The notes: generated by a model from the sequence alone, not told the origin. A stretch of 64,000 nt of DNA from Candidatus Saccharimonadota bacterium (GCA_017514045.1 JAFWLS010000024.1:14705-78704), one strand, 5' to 3'. Positions 18,952-29,172 are shown, counted from the first letter of the stretch. A program made the numbers and translations.

Positions 18952-19152
18952 TTATTTAGAGCTAAGGTGCCAATGATCGCCGAACTCGCATTTGTAAACC
19001 GTCAACCCTTGTACATTATGGTCGTGTTCAGCTACGCGCGCTGCTACTTCTGCTTCGTCGCGTGTCTTATAACAAATCTTATGTGTCTCGCCTACCCAGC
19101 AACGTTCAGGCTCAAATTTACTCAGACGATTAACGTCGAAACTTCTACTCAT
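18952..19152 (-). CDS. small conserved-looking protein (66 aa) ending YKCEFGDHWHLSS
   Basis: Its ATG overlaps the stop of the upstream giant gene (ATGAGTAG, an 8-nt overlap). The C-terminal Y-x-C-x4-WHL-S motif resembles a family of small actinobacterial and phage proteins; this is from memory, not searched. Confidence 0.5.
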   Translation of the reverse strand: MSRSFDVNRLSKFEPERCWVGETHKICYKTRDEAEVAARVAEHDHNVQGLTVYKCEFGDHWHLSSK

Positions 19153-22100
19153 TGCGAGCGATTATATCACGCCTCTTGGTCTTTATCAAACTACGCAGAG
19201 TCTTGCTACCGACAAGCGCGATTAGGATTCCAAATAGCGTAATGGCTGCGGAGAGTACATTATCTGTGATTCTGCTACTGTCACCACTCTCAGTTTGTGC
19301 AGTGAATCTACCACCAGTGTTAGGAGTCTTTAGTTTCTCCTCTTTTGACTTGTTGTAGATATTCGTGAACACCATTACTTCTACATCATCTTCACCACCG
19401 AGAATCTTCGAAACCATAGACTCGACAGTCAATTCGCCATTTTTATCCACTACGTCTATATCTACTTCGTAAATCGTCGGATCATATTCGTAATACTTCG
19501 TGCTACCTATTATCTCTGCTATCGTATAATGATAGGAGCCAACCTTCTTGAACTTAATTGGAGCGAATTCGCCTTCGCCTTCACCCGTAATCTTTATAGT
19601 CTCTATTACTTTACCTTCGCTATTCGCCAACTCAAACTTGAAGTCTTCGTCAACTGTATTCTTTTCATCAATAACTTCGACAATCTTTTGGATTCCAAAT
19701 TGTGCTTTCGTGGCGGATGCTTGATATTTGTTCTTGAATTTAAAAGTATATGCATTGCTTACTTTTTTACCGTCAACAGTAACAGTTGCTTTTAGTTGAG
19801 CCTTCTCGTAATCATCTGCTACCACGATCTTAACTTTGTACACAGTATCATCATACGTAAAACCAGATTGTCCGTCGTCGATCTCGTACACATCAAATTC
19901 AATAGTCTGTTCCTCGTCAAACACAAATTTAATTGTGTCGCTTTGACCGTTGAGCTCGGCAGTATCGATTGTATATTCTTTGTCGTTAAGAACGAATCTG
20001 AAAGTTGCATCTTTCTTAGAATTTGAAAGATCTTCTATTGTCTTCGCGATATTGAACTCGACGCTAACCGGGGCAGCGGAATATGTATTGACAATCGTCT
20101 TATCCTCTATTGAGTATTCAGCGGTTGCCTTAAGCTCGCCATTATCATCCGTCACATTTACAGTAACAACAATATCGCCAGTGGTATTTTGCATTCCGGC
20201 CGGCATCTTTCCGGTTTCGGAAATAGTGTAAGTATAGGTACCAACCTTAGTATATTCAATCTTATCGAACTTCACTGTTCTTGCATCCTTAGTCGCAGCA
20301 ATCGTTTGGTCTTCGATCCCTTCGCCAGAAAGCGTGAAGCTAAATTTGTCGCTATCTTGCCAATCACGGCCTTCGACAGCTTTAGTCGCAGAGAGTACGA
20401 TAGAGGTTTTCTTTGCTTTATAGGTGTTTTCGACTTCAATTTCCGCTATATCGGTTTTCTTGCCGTCGATTTCAATAGTATCAACATAGAGCTTTGCGCT
20501 TACAGTATCGTCTTTTACAGCTATCTTGACCTCTCTTGCCGTCGTGTCATAGCTAAAGCCTGCGTCGCTACCTTTCTTCTCGGAAACTGTATAACTATAT
20601 GTACCAGCTTTGGTGAACTTAATTGCCGCGAAGCTGTTCTCGCCGGTCAACTCTTGCGTAGAAACATCGATAGTTTCAACTGTCTCTCCACCAGAATCTT
20701 TAAGTTCAAAGGTGAAGCTGCCATCTTTCTGAGAATTGCTCAGATCTTTAATAGACTTCTTGACGTATATCACGGTATCAGTTGGCTGAGTTGTATATTC
20801 GTTCACGATAGTTTGGTTTTTTACGGAATAGCTGGCTGTGGCTTTGAGTTCGCCAGCTTTATCTTCTACAGTTACTGTGACCTCGATATCGCCAGTAGTA
20901 TTTTGCATCCCAGCCGGCAAATCGCTAGTTTCGGAAATTATATAACTATATGTACCAATCTTAGTATATTCAATCGCGTCGAATGTGACAGTCTTCTCGC
21001 CCTTAGTTGCAGCAATCGTTTGCTCGGCTATTCCAGCGCCAGATAGTGTAAACTCAAACCTATCATCGTCTTTCCAGCTACGTCCTCTAATTTCTTTAGT
21101 CGCAGAGAGCTCGATAGAGGTTTTCTTAGCCTCATAAGTGTTCCTAATCTCAATCTGGATTTCGTTGGTTTCTACGCCGTCAATCTTAATGGTTTCGATA
21201 TATAGCTGGGCTTCTTCTTTATTGTCTTTGACGACAATTTCAACATTCCTAGGCGTCGTGTCGTAGCTAAAGCCAGTCTCATTACCCTTGCGTTCGTTAA
21301 CAGTATAATTATATGTGCCCTCTTTGCTAAGCTCTAATGTCTCGAAGCTTCCTTCGCCAGTTAAATCATGTGTAGAAATAGTAATCGTGTCTTCGATGTC
21401 TCCGTCAGCGTTCTTTAGATCGAAGGTAAAGCGGCCATCTTTCTTCGAATCACTTACGTCATCTATCGTCTTTCTAACTTTAATCGTGGCGTCTGTCGGC
21501 TTGGTTTCGTACGTGTTTTCAATCGTTTCTGTTTCTCCTTGGGTTACAGTTGCGACCAATGCGCCATTATTATTGTCTACCACGGAAACTTTAACAACGA
21601 TCGGTTCGGTTGTGACTTGTGAGATGCCCGGACGAGTAAATTGAGTGTCCTCAGTGATTGTATATTCGTAGTTGCCAGGGGTATCGTACTCGAGCATAAA
21701 GGTAGCGGTTTTATTGAGTTCATTGACGGTTTTTATTTGTTTGACCGAACCATCTTTACTTTCTAGCGTAAATGTAAATGAATCACCTTCATACCAGTAG
21801 TCTTTAAAGTCTTTTGTGGCCGTAACAACTGCGGTAGCAGGCTCGACGCTATACTCATTTGTAAAGTCTGCCGTGTCCACCTCTTTACCGTTAATCTTCA
21901 TCTCGGAAGAAAGTGTTGCAGTCGTGTAGTCTTCAGTCACAACAATCTCTACCTCATAGGACGTGTCATCATAAGACCAGCCACCTTTTCCTTCATTCTT
22001 CTCAGACACGGTATAACGATAGGTGCCGGCAGTGTCGAAGTTCAAGGTCTTGAAACTGCCTTCGCCACTCAAATTGCTCGTAGTGAAGGAGATAGTATCG

Positions 22101-25100
22101 ATTACATTGCCACTTGCGTCTTTAAGCTCAAATGTGAATTTATCATTATGATTGCCAGTAACCATATCGATTACTGTCTTTGCGACATTAATAGTTTCAG
22201 AAACAGTACCTTGCGTTTCGTAAGTATTATCAATCGTTGCATTATCTTCGGTAACGTTTGTAGAGTTTTTGTTATAAGTCTTTTCGACCGTCATAGTGCC
22301 ATCGCCATTATCGGTCGCCTTAACTGTCAATAAGACCTTCTCATTTTCAGTAAGAGGGAAGACACCAGGATGATCGTATTCTTTCTCAGTAATCTCATAT
22401 GTCCAGGTACCTTCGTCAACAATCTTAAATGTCCAGCTAGCCGGAGTAAGTTGAGTCGCAGTGTTATTGGCAGAAGTTATCTCAGGGAATGATCCAGTAG
22501 TTGTAGTCTTCGGAGTAAGCTCAAAATCGAACCCATTAATCCTGGTCAAATCCCAATAGTTGCCAAACATTTTAGCAACTTTCGCTTGAGTGCTATTTGG
22601 TTCAACTTTATATGTATTTAAGAAACTTGCTTCTGAAAGTTTGTTTTTTATGATATCACCCTTATCGCCAGTCGAAGTAGTCGTAAATCCTTGCATACTA
22701 GTTTCGGTAATTTCATAGTAGGTTCCTGCCGGTATGCCGGTGATAGTTTCACTTTCGCCATTCTTTAAGGTGACCGTCTTCGAGTAGTCGGACAACTCTT
22801 CGGTCTTAGTTTCATCAGTATAGACTTTAATATCAAATTCAAATTCATTACTTTTGGCTTTTGCTTCATTGCCACTTTCGACCTCTACCGCCTTGGAGAC
22901 TTTGAGATCGCCTGCAAGGTAATTATTTATAACCGTAGCTCTTGACGAAGAATTAGCTTGGACAGCTCTATAGTTGCCATCGATTTCTGACTGTTTGTAA
23001 GAGCCATAATTATTTGCGCCTCTCTTGATTTCATGCTTGATTTCGCTGAGCTCATACCAACTCTTCATTTCATCGGTTATTTCTTCGACTTTAAACTTAG
23101 TCCCAGTATCAACATCTATTATCATGATTTCGTCGCCAACATAGATATCGCTTTCCAAAACGCCCGTTCCCGTCATCTTGTTTGTACGGCCAGGATTGGT
23201 TGAGTCAAAATTACATTTCGCAGCGTCTGCCCCATCTTTGCTACAAGGGTTATTGTTCCCATAATAGATGCGGTAAGTATAAGGGTAGCTAGAGTCTTTG
23301 AACGAAAGCCTAACCTTGAATACTTCATCTAATTCATCGATATTCTTACCGTCTTTATCGTGGACCTCCTTAAGTATAGAGATACCACCTTTCAGAGTAT
23401 TGGTTGCAGAAAGGGAATTGAGGCTTTCGATGTCTTTTATGGCGGTTATGTTGCCGGCATTGTCGTAATCGAAGAGCACATTTTTAATCACGCCATTTAC
23501 GATCATTGGATGATATTCATACTTTGTAAGATAGTAATGGCTTGTAATGTCTTGCTCGTCGAGATAGTACCTATGACCTTGCTCGAGTATTACATATTCA
23601 TGACCATCAAAACTCAAAGTTTCGTATTCTTCACCCTGAACGGCTTTACTGGTCGAATAGACCATCACGCCAGGAGCGATTGAATAATCTTTTTCAGAAC
23701 TCCACCCGTTATCCTTAGACAGCTCGTAAGTTTCGACGATTGTATTGTCTTTGTACAAATCTAGCGTGACTTTTCCACCGTAGTCATTTTGTTGATCAGA
23801 ATCGAGATCGTCCTCCCATTTTTTCTTCACGGTCAAGTTACCAGAGTACAGATCAACTGGGTCTGGGTTGTCAATATTTTTGGTGACAGGATCAGACACT
23901 ACCGTGGTAGTCTGACCATTAACTGTCGTTGTTGTTATTGTGGAATAAGTAACAGTCGGGAAGTCCGTATTTGTTTTGAGGGTATAATTCCCATCCGAAC
24001 CGGCAATCTGAGCCTTCTGTACCGAGGTTAATTCGTCATAATCAATCAAGCCATTGTTAAGATCGGAGACAAGATCAAGAGAATTCTGTTTTGGCCACAC
24101 CGAAAAGGCGACGGTGTAAGTTACACCATTTTCGAGAACCAAATCCCCAAGTCTCCAATCAACTTCGCCTTTATTATTAATAGTAGCTTTTGGCGCATCA
24201 GCCCACTCTTCACCAAGCCCATCGTTTGCAGTTGTACTATATTGGCCACCACTACGATAATATCTCAATCCTCTAACCTCACCATTTGTGCTCGTCTTGA
24301 CACTGGAATCGGTCATAGCCGTCACGCCGTCGGTAAGTTCCACATTTGTATAGCCAACACCAGTTGTAATGTCGTTTACAATTTGTTTAAGAGCTGCAAT
24401 AAGCGTTTCTGTGCTACTCGCATTGGTGTAGTAGTCATTATAGGCGCTATTCAGTGGAGTATTATAAGCGCCAGCGCCAGTGTAGGCGTATTGGACGAGC
24501 GCTTTGAGATACCCCTCATAATCGGAGTCGCCCCAAGTAAAAAGGCCATAGAAGGTGTCACCATCTACGACGAGATCCCTTGCATTGTCGCTCGCAGATC
24601 CCCAACGGGCAATCCACCCAGTATTCCCAGTTGCTCCGTTGGAAACAGTATAATCATTATTAGCGGTTGACGGCTGGCCATCCGTCAAAAACAGCACATA
24701 TATGTCTTCATTGGGTTGTGTCGATCTTATACTATCAGCCAATTCATCAGCGCGAATCAGAGCCTCCTCCCAGTTCGTGCCAGAATCAGTCGCTAGACTC
24801 GTAATCTTGCTCTTTAAAACACTGGAATTAGTCGTAAAACCTTGTTGCGTTATACCTTTCTGTCCAAAATTTACTAAAGCAACTTCTATAATATCGCTCT
24901 TGTTTGCATCCCCAGGCACATTTTGGGATAAGAGATTATCGATTATCCCGTTCTCATCTATAAGTGCATGCTTTTCGGCCCACAGACGGCTTCTGGCATA
25001 AAAATCGCCAGTATAAGGGTTCGAATAATTGTAGCCGCCTGGCCCACCTTGCGTTCTCGTAGCATACCAAGTGCCGTTATTGTAGTAGAGCTCACGATAG

Positions 25101-25465
25101 GCATTTCCGTCTTTTCTATAATAAGTCGTTCGAGAATTACCTTCGTTGGCAGGGTTACCAGGAGTGCCAGATGTTACGAGATAATATGTATTACCAGCGG
25201 CCTGATTCATAGAACTAGATGTATCTAGAACGAGGATCACATTAGCCTTCGTGATAGTAGTCGAAGAACTGGTGTCGGTTTCGCCAGTAACGCTCAACGC
25301 AATGGTATAGGTCCCATCGCCATTATCAATTAAATTTTTGTTAGTTGCAGGAGCAGGCAGGCTCCCTTCGTCCGCATATGCGTTTGCAACAAAACTAAAT
25401 GGCATGGATCCAAAAACTACAATCAGAGCTGCCAAAAAGTTAAAAAGCTTTTTCTTCAATTTCAT
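19145..25465 (-). CDS. giant surface adhesin-like protein: signal peptide, vWA (MIDAS) domain, CnaB-type and Spy0128/FctA-like pilin-fold repeats, TPNTG tail
   Basis: Signal peptide MKLKKKLFNFLAALIVVFGSMPFSFVANAYA. MIDAS motif VLDTSSSM. At least 10 repeats of the pattern F-x-F-x-L-kd...G-x-Y-x-Y-x-[IV]-x-E...Y-D-x-T-x-Y-x-V-x-[IV]. The C-terminus is TPNTG, then a hydrophobic segment, then KTKRRD. Confidence 0.85.
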   Translation of the reverse strand: MKLKKKLFNFLAALIVVFGSMPFSFVANAYADEGSLPAPATNKNLIDNGDGTYTIALSVTGETDTSSSTTITKANVILVLDTSSSMNQAAGNTYYLVTSGTPGNPANEGNSRTTYYRKDGNAYRELYYNNGTWYATRTQGGPGGYNYSNPYTGDFYARSRLWAEKHALIDENGIIDNLLSQNVPGDANKSDIIEVALVNFGQKGITQQGFTTNSSVLKSKITSLATDSGTNWEEALIRADELADSIRSTQPNEDIYVLFLTDGQPSTANNDYTVSNGATGNTGWIARWGSASDNARDLVVDGDTFYGLFTWGDSDYEGYLKALVQYAYTGAGAYNTPLNSAYNDYYTNASSTETLIAALKQIVNDITTGVGYTNVELTDGVTAMTDSSVKTSTNGEVRGLRYYRSGGQYSTTANDGLGEEWADAPKATINNKGEVDWRLGDLVLENGVTYTVAFSVWPKQNSLDLVSDLNNGLIDYDELTSVQKAQIAGSDGNYTLKTNTDFPTVTYSTITTTTVNGQTTTVVSDPVTKNIDNPDPVDLYSGNLTVKKKWEDDLDSDQQNDYGGKVTLDLYKDNTIVETYELSKDNGWSSEKDYSIAPGVMVYSTSKAVQGEEYETLSFDGHEYVILEQGHRYYLDEQDITSHYYLTKYEYHPMIVNGVIKNVLFDYDNAGNITAIKDIESLNSLSATNTLKGGISILKEVHDKDGKNIDELDEVFKVRLSFKDSSYPYTYRIYYGNNNPCSKDGADAAKCNFDSTNPGRTNKMTGTGVLESDIYVGDEIMIIDVDTGTKFKVEEITDEMKSWYELSEIKHEIKRGANNYGSYKQSEIDGNYRAVQANSSSRATVINNYLAGDLKVSKAVEVESGNEAKAKSNEFEFDIKVYTDETKTEELSDYSKTVTLKNGESETITGIPAGTYYEITETSMQGFTTTSTGDKGDIIKNKLSEASFLNTYKVEPNSTQAKVAKMFGNYWDLTRINGFDFELTPKTTTTGSFPEITSANNTATQLTPASWTFKIVDEGTWTYEITEKEYDHPGVFPLTENEKVLLTVKATDNGDGTMTVEKTYNKNSTNVTEDNATIDNTYETQGTVSETINVAKTVIDMVTGNHNDKFTFELKDASGNVIDTISFTTSNLSGEGSFKTLNFDTAGTYRYTVSEKNEGKGGWSYDDTSYEVEIVVTEDYTTATLSSEMKINGKEVDTADFTNEYSVEPATAVVTATKDFKDYWYEGDSFTFTLESKDGSVKQIKTVNELNKTATFMLEYDTPGNYEYTITEDTQFTRPGISQVTTEPIVVKVSVVDNNNGALVATVTQGETETIENTYETKPTDATIKVRKTIDDVSDSKKDGRFTFDLKNADGDIEDTITISTHDLTGEGSFETLELSKEGTYNYTVNERKGNETGFSYDTTPRNVEIVVKDNKEEAQLYIETIKIDGVETNEIQIEIRNTYEAKKTSIELSATKEIRGRSWKDDDRFEFTLSGAGIAEQTIAATKGEKTVTFDAIEYTKIGTYSYIISETSDLPAGMQNTTGDIEVTVTVEDKAGELKATASYSVKNQTIVNEYTTQPTDTVIYVKKSIKDLSNSQKDGSFTFELKDSGGETVETIDVSTQELTGENSFAAIKFTKAGTYSYTVSEKKGSDAGFSYDTTAREVKIAVKDDTVSAKLYVDTIEIDGKKTDIAEIEVENTYKAKKTSIVLSATKAVEGRDWQDSDKFSFTLSGEGIEDQTIAATKDARTVKFDKIEYTKVGTYTYTISETGKMPAGMQNTTGDIVVTVNVTDDNGELKATAEYSIEDKTIVNTYSAAPVSVEFNIAKTIEDLSNSKKDATFRFVLNDKEYTIDTAELNGQSDTIKFVFDEEQTIEFDVYEIDDGQSGFTYDDTVYKVKIVVADDYEKAQLKATVTVDGKKVSNAYTFKFKNKYQASATKAQFGIQKIVEVIDEKNTVDEDFKFELANSEGKVIETIKITGEGEGEFAPIKFKKVGSYHYTIAEIIGSTKYYEYDPTIYEVDIDVVDKNGELTVESMVSKILGGEDDVEVMVFTNIYNKSKEEKLKTPNTGGRFTAQTESGDSSRITDNVLSAAITLFGILIALVGSKTLRSLIKTKRRDIIARNE
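19313..19327 (-). other. TPNTG pentapeptide (LPXTG-like sorting motif variant)
   Basis: act cct aac act ggt on the minus strand, followed by a 17-aa spacer, then LSAAITLFGILIALVG, then KTKRRD. Confidence 0.5.
24370..25243 (-). other. von Willebrand factor A domain with DxSxS MIDAS motif
   Basis: DTSSS is encoded at 25211-25225. Downstream FLTDGQPS resembles a vWA beta strand. Confidence 0.7.
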
Positions 25466-25643
25466 TGTAACCCTTAATTTCTTAATGTTGAATTATTACT
25501 CAAAATATACCAAGCAGAGAGTAGATTTGCAAACTTAAGCATATTATTATATAACATGAGCATTAATAGAACATGAAGTTGCTCAAAAAAGATGTTTTTA
25601 TCTAGAAAATAAAGGTAAAACTCTATCGATTATAAACCGATTA

Positions 25644-25652
25644 TGGTATAAT
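25644..25652 (+). promoter_or_regulatory. extended -10 box TGGTATAAT, 6 nt before the potA ATG (leaderless layout)
   Basis: TGGTATAAT, then cttagc, then ATG 25659. Confidence 0.55.
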
Positions 25653-25658
25653 CTTAGC

Positions 25659-26438
25659 ATGGATAAAAGGGTGCTGGTGCGTCTGGAAGACGTAAACAAA
25701 TCTTTCGGCGATAAGTCCATTATAAAAAACCTAGATCTCGATATTTTTGAGGGAGAGTTTTTAACGCTACTAGGCCCTTCCGGTTGCGGCAAAACAATTA
25801 CTTTGCGCATGATCGCTGGACTCGAGTCTGTCACTAGTGGGCGAGTAATATTAGACGGCATAGACGTTACCAGTGTCCCCGCCTCCAAACGTGCTATAAA
25901 TACAATCTTTCAGAACTTTGCTTTATTCCCGCATCTCACCGTTTGGAACAATGTTGCCTTCGGACTCAAAATGAGCAGGACACCAAAGAAGGAGATCGCC
26001 AAACGTGTCAAGAAAGCCCTTAAAATAGTCCACCTTACTGGGTTCGAAGATCGTTTCCCAGCTCAACTTTCTGGTGGCCAACAACAGCGCGTAGCAATTG
26101 CTCGTGGCATCGTAATGAATCACAAAATACTTCTTCTCGATGAGTCTCTTGCTTCGCTCGATCTCAAACTCAAAAGAGAGATGCAGGTCGAGCTCAAAAA
26201 ACTCCAACGTGACTTAGGAATGACTTTCGTTTATGTTACCCATGATCAAGACGAGGCTCTCACTATGTCGGATCGTATCGCTATCATGAATGCCGGCCGA
26301 ATTATTCAACTAGGCACGCCCGAGGAAATCTATGCTAATCCTAAGAACGACTTCGTAAAAAGTTTCATTTCCGATATCGATCTGATTAATTTCAAAAAGA
26401 CTCGCCTTGAGAGGTATCATGAGCCAACACAATCCTGA
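25659..26438 (+). CDS. potA: spermidine/putrescine-type ABC transporter ATPase, short form (259 aa)
   Basis: [30 protein letters not shown]. It is followed by PotB, PotC and PotD homologues. Confidence 0.8.
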   Translation: MDKRVLVRLEDVNKSFGDKSIIKNLDLDIFEGEFLTLLGPSGCGKTITLRMIAGLESVTSGRVILDGIDVTSVPASKRAINTIFQNFALFPHLTVWNNVAFGLKMSRTPKKEIAKRVKKALKIVHLTGFEDRFPAQLSGGQQQRVAIARGIVMNHKILLLDESLASLDLKLKREMQVELKKLQRDLGMTFVYVTHDQDEALTMSDRIAIMNAGRIIQLGTPEEIYANPKNDFVKSFISDIDLINFKKTRLERYHEPTQS

Positions 26439-27330
26439 ACTTGCTGGGATATCAGCCTATAATCAATCTAAGCCCGGAAAGCGTTTTGATTTGTTTAAGG
26501 CGACCTTTACTCTACCCGTCATTCTTTATTCTATTTTCTTGATATTAATCCCACTTATCTATATTCTATTCCTCTCTTTTCTAAAATCAGATAATTATGG
26601 AGGTTATCTTTTCGAGTTTAATTTAGAAAACTATGGAGAAGTCTTAAACTCTACATACATTACTATCTTTTTGAAATCCGCAGGCATTGGTCTTATTACG
26701 ACTTTTATCTGCCTTTTGATTTCATATCCTTTCGCAATTTTCCTACGAGATATTCCGGAGAAACGTCGTAATTTCATAATGAAGCTCGTGATGGTGCCAT
26801 TTTTAACCAACTCGTTAATACGTACTTACGGCCTCATCACAATTTTGCGCAAAAACGGCGTTATTAACTCTGCTCTCACTGGCGCGGGAATCATATCAAG
26901 TCCGCTTCCGCTCATGTACAACAACCTCGGTATTATTATCGGAATGGTTTATACGTTGCTACCATTTATGCTTCTTCCGGTATGCTCTGCCGTAGCTAAA
27001 GTCGATCAGAATCTTCTTGATGCTGCCGAAGATCTAGGCGCTGGAAGGTTTGCCAAATTTTTTAAGATTTACTTGCCACTTACCTTACAGGGTGCTTTCA
27101 ATGGTTCACTCATGGTTTTTATCCCGGCAATCGGCTATTTCTTTATTGCAGATATTCTCGGTGGCGGCAAAGCTATGATTATCGGGAATCTCATCAAAAA
27201 TCAGTTTCTTACAGCCCGCAACTGGCCATTAGGCGCAGCGCTATCAATCATTCTATTACTCTTTACATTCGTGTTAGTCAGAATTTACAGACGAATTGGC
27301 GGTAAACTAGATGATTTAGGAGGTGGCTAG
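26419..27330 (+). CDS. potB: polyamine ABC transporter permease
   Basis: Six-TM BPD-transport permease with EAA-like loop ([21 protein letters not shown]). ATG 26419 follows gagagg and overlaps the potA 3' end by 20 nt. Confidence 0.8.
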   Translation: MSQHNPELAGISAYNQSKPGKRFDLFKATFTLPVILYSIFLILIPLIYILFLSFLKSDNYGGYLFEFNLENYGEVLNSTYITIFLKSAGIGLITTFICLLISYPFAIFLRDIPEKRRNFIMKLVMVPFLTNSLIRTYGLITILRKNGVINSALTGAGIISSPLPLMYNNLGIIIGMVYTLLPFMLLPVCSAVAKVDQNLLDAAEDLGAGRFAKFFKIYLPLTLQGAFNGSLMVFIPAIGYFFIADILGGGKAMIIGNLIKNQFLTARNWPLGAALSIILLLFTFVLVRIYRRIGGKLDDLGGG

Positions 27331-27331
27331 A

Positions 27332-28132
27332 ATGAGTCTATCTAAACATAGCCACCCGTTGCGCAAAGCTTATATCGCTTTTGTGCTGCTTCTACTATTT
27401 CTACCAATCCTCATTCTTGTAGCCTTTAGTTTCAACGAATCTAAATTGAACGTCATTTTCACTAATTTTACATTCGACTGGTATGCTAAATTATTCTCCA
27501 ACACAGATCTTCTCGATGCGTTTAAGAATACAATCCTTATTGCCTTGCTTAGCACGACCATTTCTACGATCATCGGCGTGCTTTCTGCTGTTGGCTTAAA
27601 GAAATTTCATTTCCGCGGCCACGGCCTTATCGACAAACTCATTTATATTCCAATCGTTATTCCAGAAATCGTTTTAGGCATTGCACTCCTTTCGGTTTTT
27701 ACGCTAGCTAGACTAGAACTAGGATTTTGGACCGTTCTTTTAGCACACATATCCTTTTCCGTTCCTTTTGTTATCACATCGGTTAGGTCTACGCTCTACG
27801 CGCTACCTAAGCACGTCGAATCGGCCGCTGCCGACCTTGGCGCAAGTCGCTTTCAAATATTCTGGCATATTACATTGCCACTCATTTGGCCCGGTATAGT
27901 TTCTGGAGCACTTCTAGCCTTTACGCTTTCCATGGACGATGTTGTGGTTTCGTATTTTTCAGCTGGACCAGGAACTAATACTTTGCCATTATATATATAT
28001 GCCAACATTAAAACTGGAATCAGCCCCGATGTTAATGCACTTACGTCTATTATGCTAGTCATCACCGTCATTACATTGACCCTCAGTGCCCATTTTCAAT
28101 CCAAAAAACTAGCCAGAAGGAGTATAGATTGA
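27332..28132 (+). CDS. potC: polyamine ABC transporter permease
   Basis: EAA-like loop (SAAADLGASRFQIFWHITLPL). ATG 27332 lies 8 nt after AGGAGG. The ORF is open from GTG 27323. Confidence 0.8.
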   Translation: MSLSKHSHPLRKAYIAFVLLLLFLPILILVAFSFNESKLNVIFTNFTFDWYAKLFSNTDLLDAFKNTILIALLSTTISTIIGVLSAVGLKKFHFRGHGLIDKLIYIPIVIPEIVLGIALLSVFTLARLELGFWTVLLAHISFSVPFVITSVRSTLYALPKHVESAAADLGASRFQIFWHITLPLIWPGIVSGALLAFTLSMDDVVVSYFSAGPGTNTLPLYIYANIKTGISPDVNALTSIMLVITVITLTLSAHFQSKKLARRSID

Positions 28133-29172
28133 TGCATCGTCGTTTTGCGCTTGAAAAAATCTTCTTTTCTATTGCTAGTGTAATAATTATTATTTTGATA
28201 GTCTCAATTGCTTTCTATTCCCGTAAGGATGAGCCCTCTAGTCAGAATAGTTTAAACGTTCTAAACTGGACAAGCTACATTCCGAACGAAGTTATCAATA
28301 ATTTTGAAAAAGAATATGGAATTAAAGTCAATTATGGTACGTACTCATCAAATGAAGAACTGCTTGCGAAACTCACTAGCAGTCGCGAGGGTACCTACGA
28401 TCTCGTTTTTCCGAGTGACTACATGGTCGACTTGATGATTTCGCGCAATCTTTTAGAGCCACTCGATCTGAAAAAACTTCAAAACGTCAACAACCTAAAT
28501 ACCCTCTTTTTAGGGCAATCTTACGATTCGGATAATTCGTATTCTCTCCCTTTTTTACTTGCTACCACAGTTTTTATTTATGACTCCACAAAGATTGATC
28601 GCCTCACTTCTTATAAAGACTTGCAGAACCCAGAGCTAGAAAACGATATCGTCATGCTTGACGATCAACGCATTGTAATTGGTGCCATGTTGAACGCTTG
28701 CGGCTATAATATGAATGACGTTCATGAAGACCATCTTGAGTCCAGTCTAGAATTCTTTAATAAAATCAAACCCAACATTAAGGCCTTTGATTCCGACTCT
28801 CCAAAAACGTTCTTTATCACCAAGGAGGTTGATGCTGGGTTAGTTTGGAACGCTGAAGCAATTCTCGCACGCGAGGAAAATCCTGAGTTGAAAATATCAT
28901 ATCCTGCAGAGGGTTTTACGCTTTCTATGGACAACTATACAATCGTCAAAGGTGCTAAGAATATTGAATCTGCCTATTTATTTATCGACTATCTTCTTCG
29001 GCCCGAAGTCGCTCAAATGATTGTCGATGAATATCCATATATTTCAACCAACAAATATGTCGAATCCTTGCCGGAAATTGAACTCAAACAAATACTAGCC
29101 AATGGCTCTTATGTAGAGAATGTTGGGTCTGATATAAAAAAATTCGATAAACTTTGGGCGAAATACAAGTAG
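28132..29172 (+). CDS. potD: polyamine-type periplasmic substrate-binding protein, membrane-anchored
   Basis: N-terminal TM, then a PotD/PotF-like fold pattern (LNVLNWTSYIP...YDLVFPSDYMV...). The start overlaps the potC stop (TGATG). Confidence 0.75.
   Translation: MHRRFALEKIFFSIASVIIIILIVSIAFYSRKDEPSSQNSLNVLNWTSYIPNEVINNFEKEYGIKVNYGTYSSNEELLAKLTSSREGTYDLVFPSDYMVDLMISRNLLEPLDLKKLQNVNNLNTLFLGQSYDSDNSYSLPFLLATTVFIYDSTKIDRLTSYKDLQNPELENDIVMLDDQRIVIGAMLNACGYNMNDVHEDHLESSLEFFNKIKPNIKAFDSDSPKTFFITKEVDAGLVWNAEAILAREENPELKISYPAEGFTLSMDNYTIVKGAKNIESAYLFIDYLLRPEVAQMIVDEYPYISTNKYVESLPEIELKQILANGSYVENVGSDIKKFDKLWAKYK

Noticed and set aside
20189-21046. 285-aa plus-strand ORF, and many 60-140-aa ORFs inside 19145-25465
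   Set aside because: They are antisense to the 2106-aa repeat protein. The repetitive, stop-poor antisense frames are Cys/Phe/Ile/Ser/Arg-rich with no motifs and no SD or promoter.
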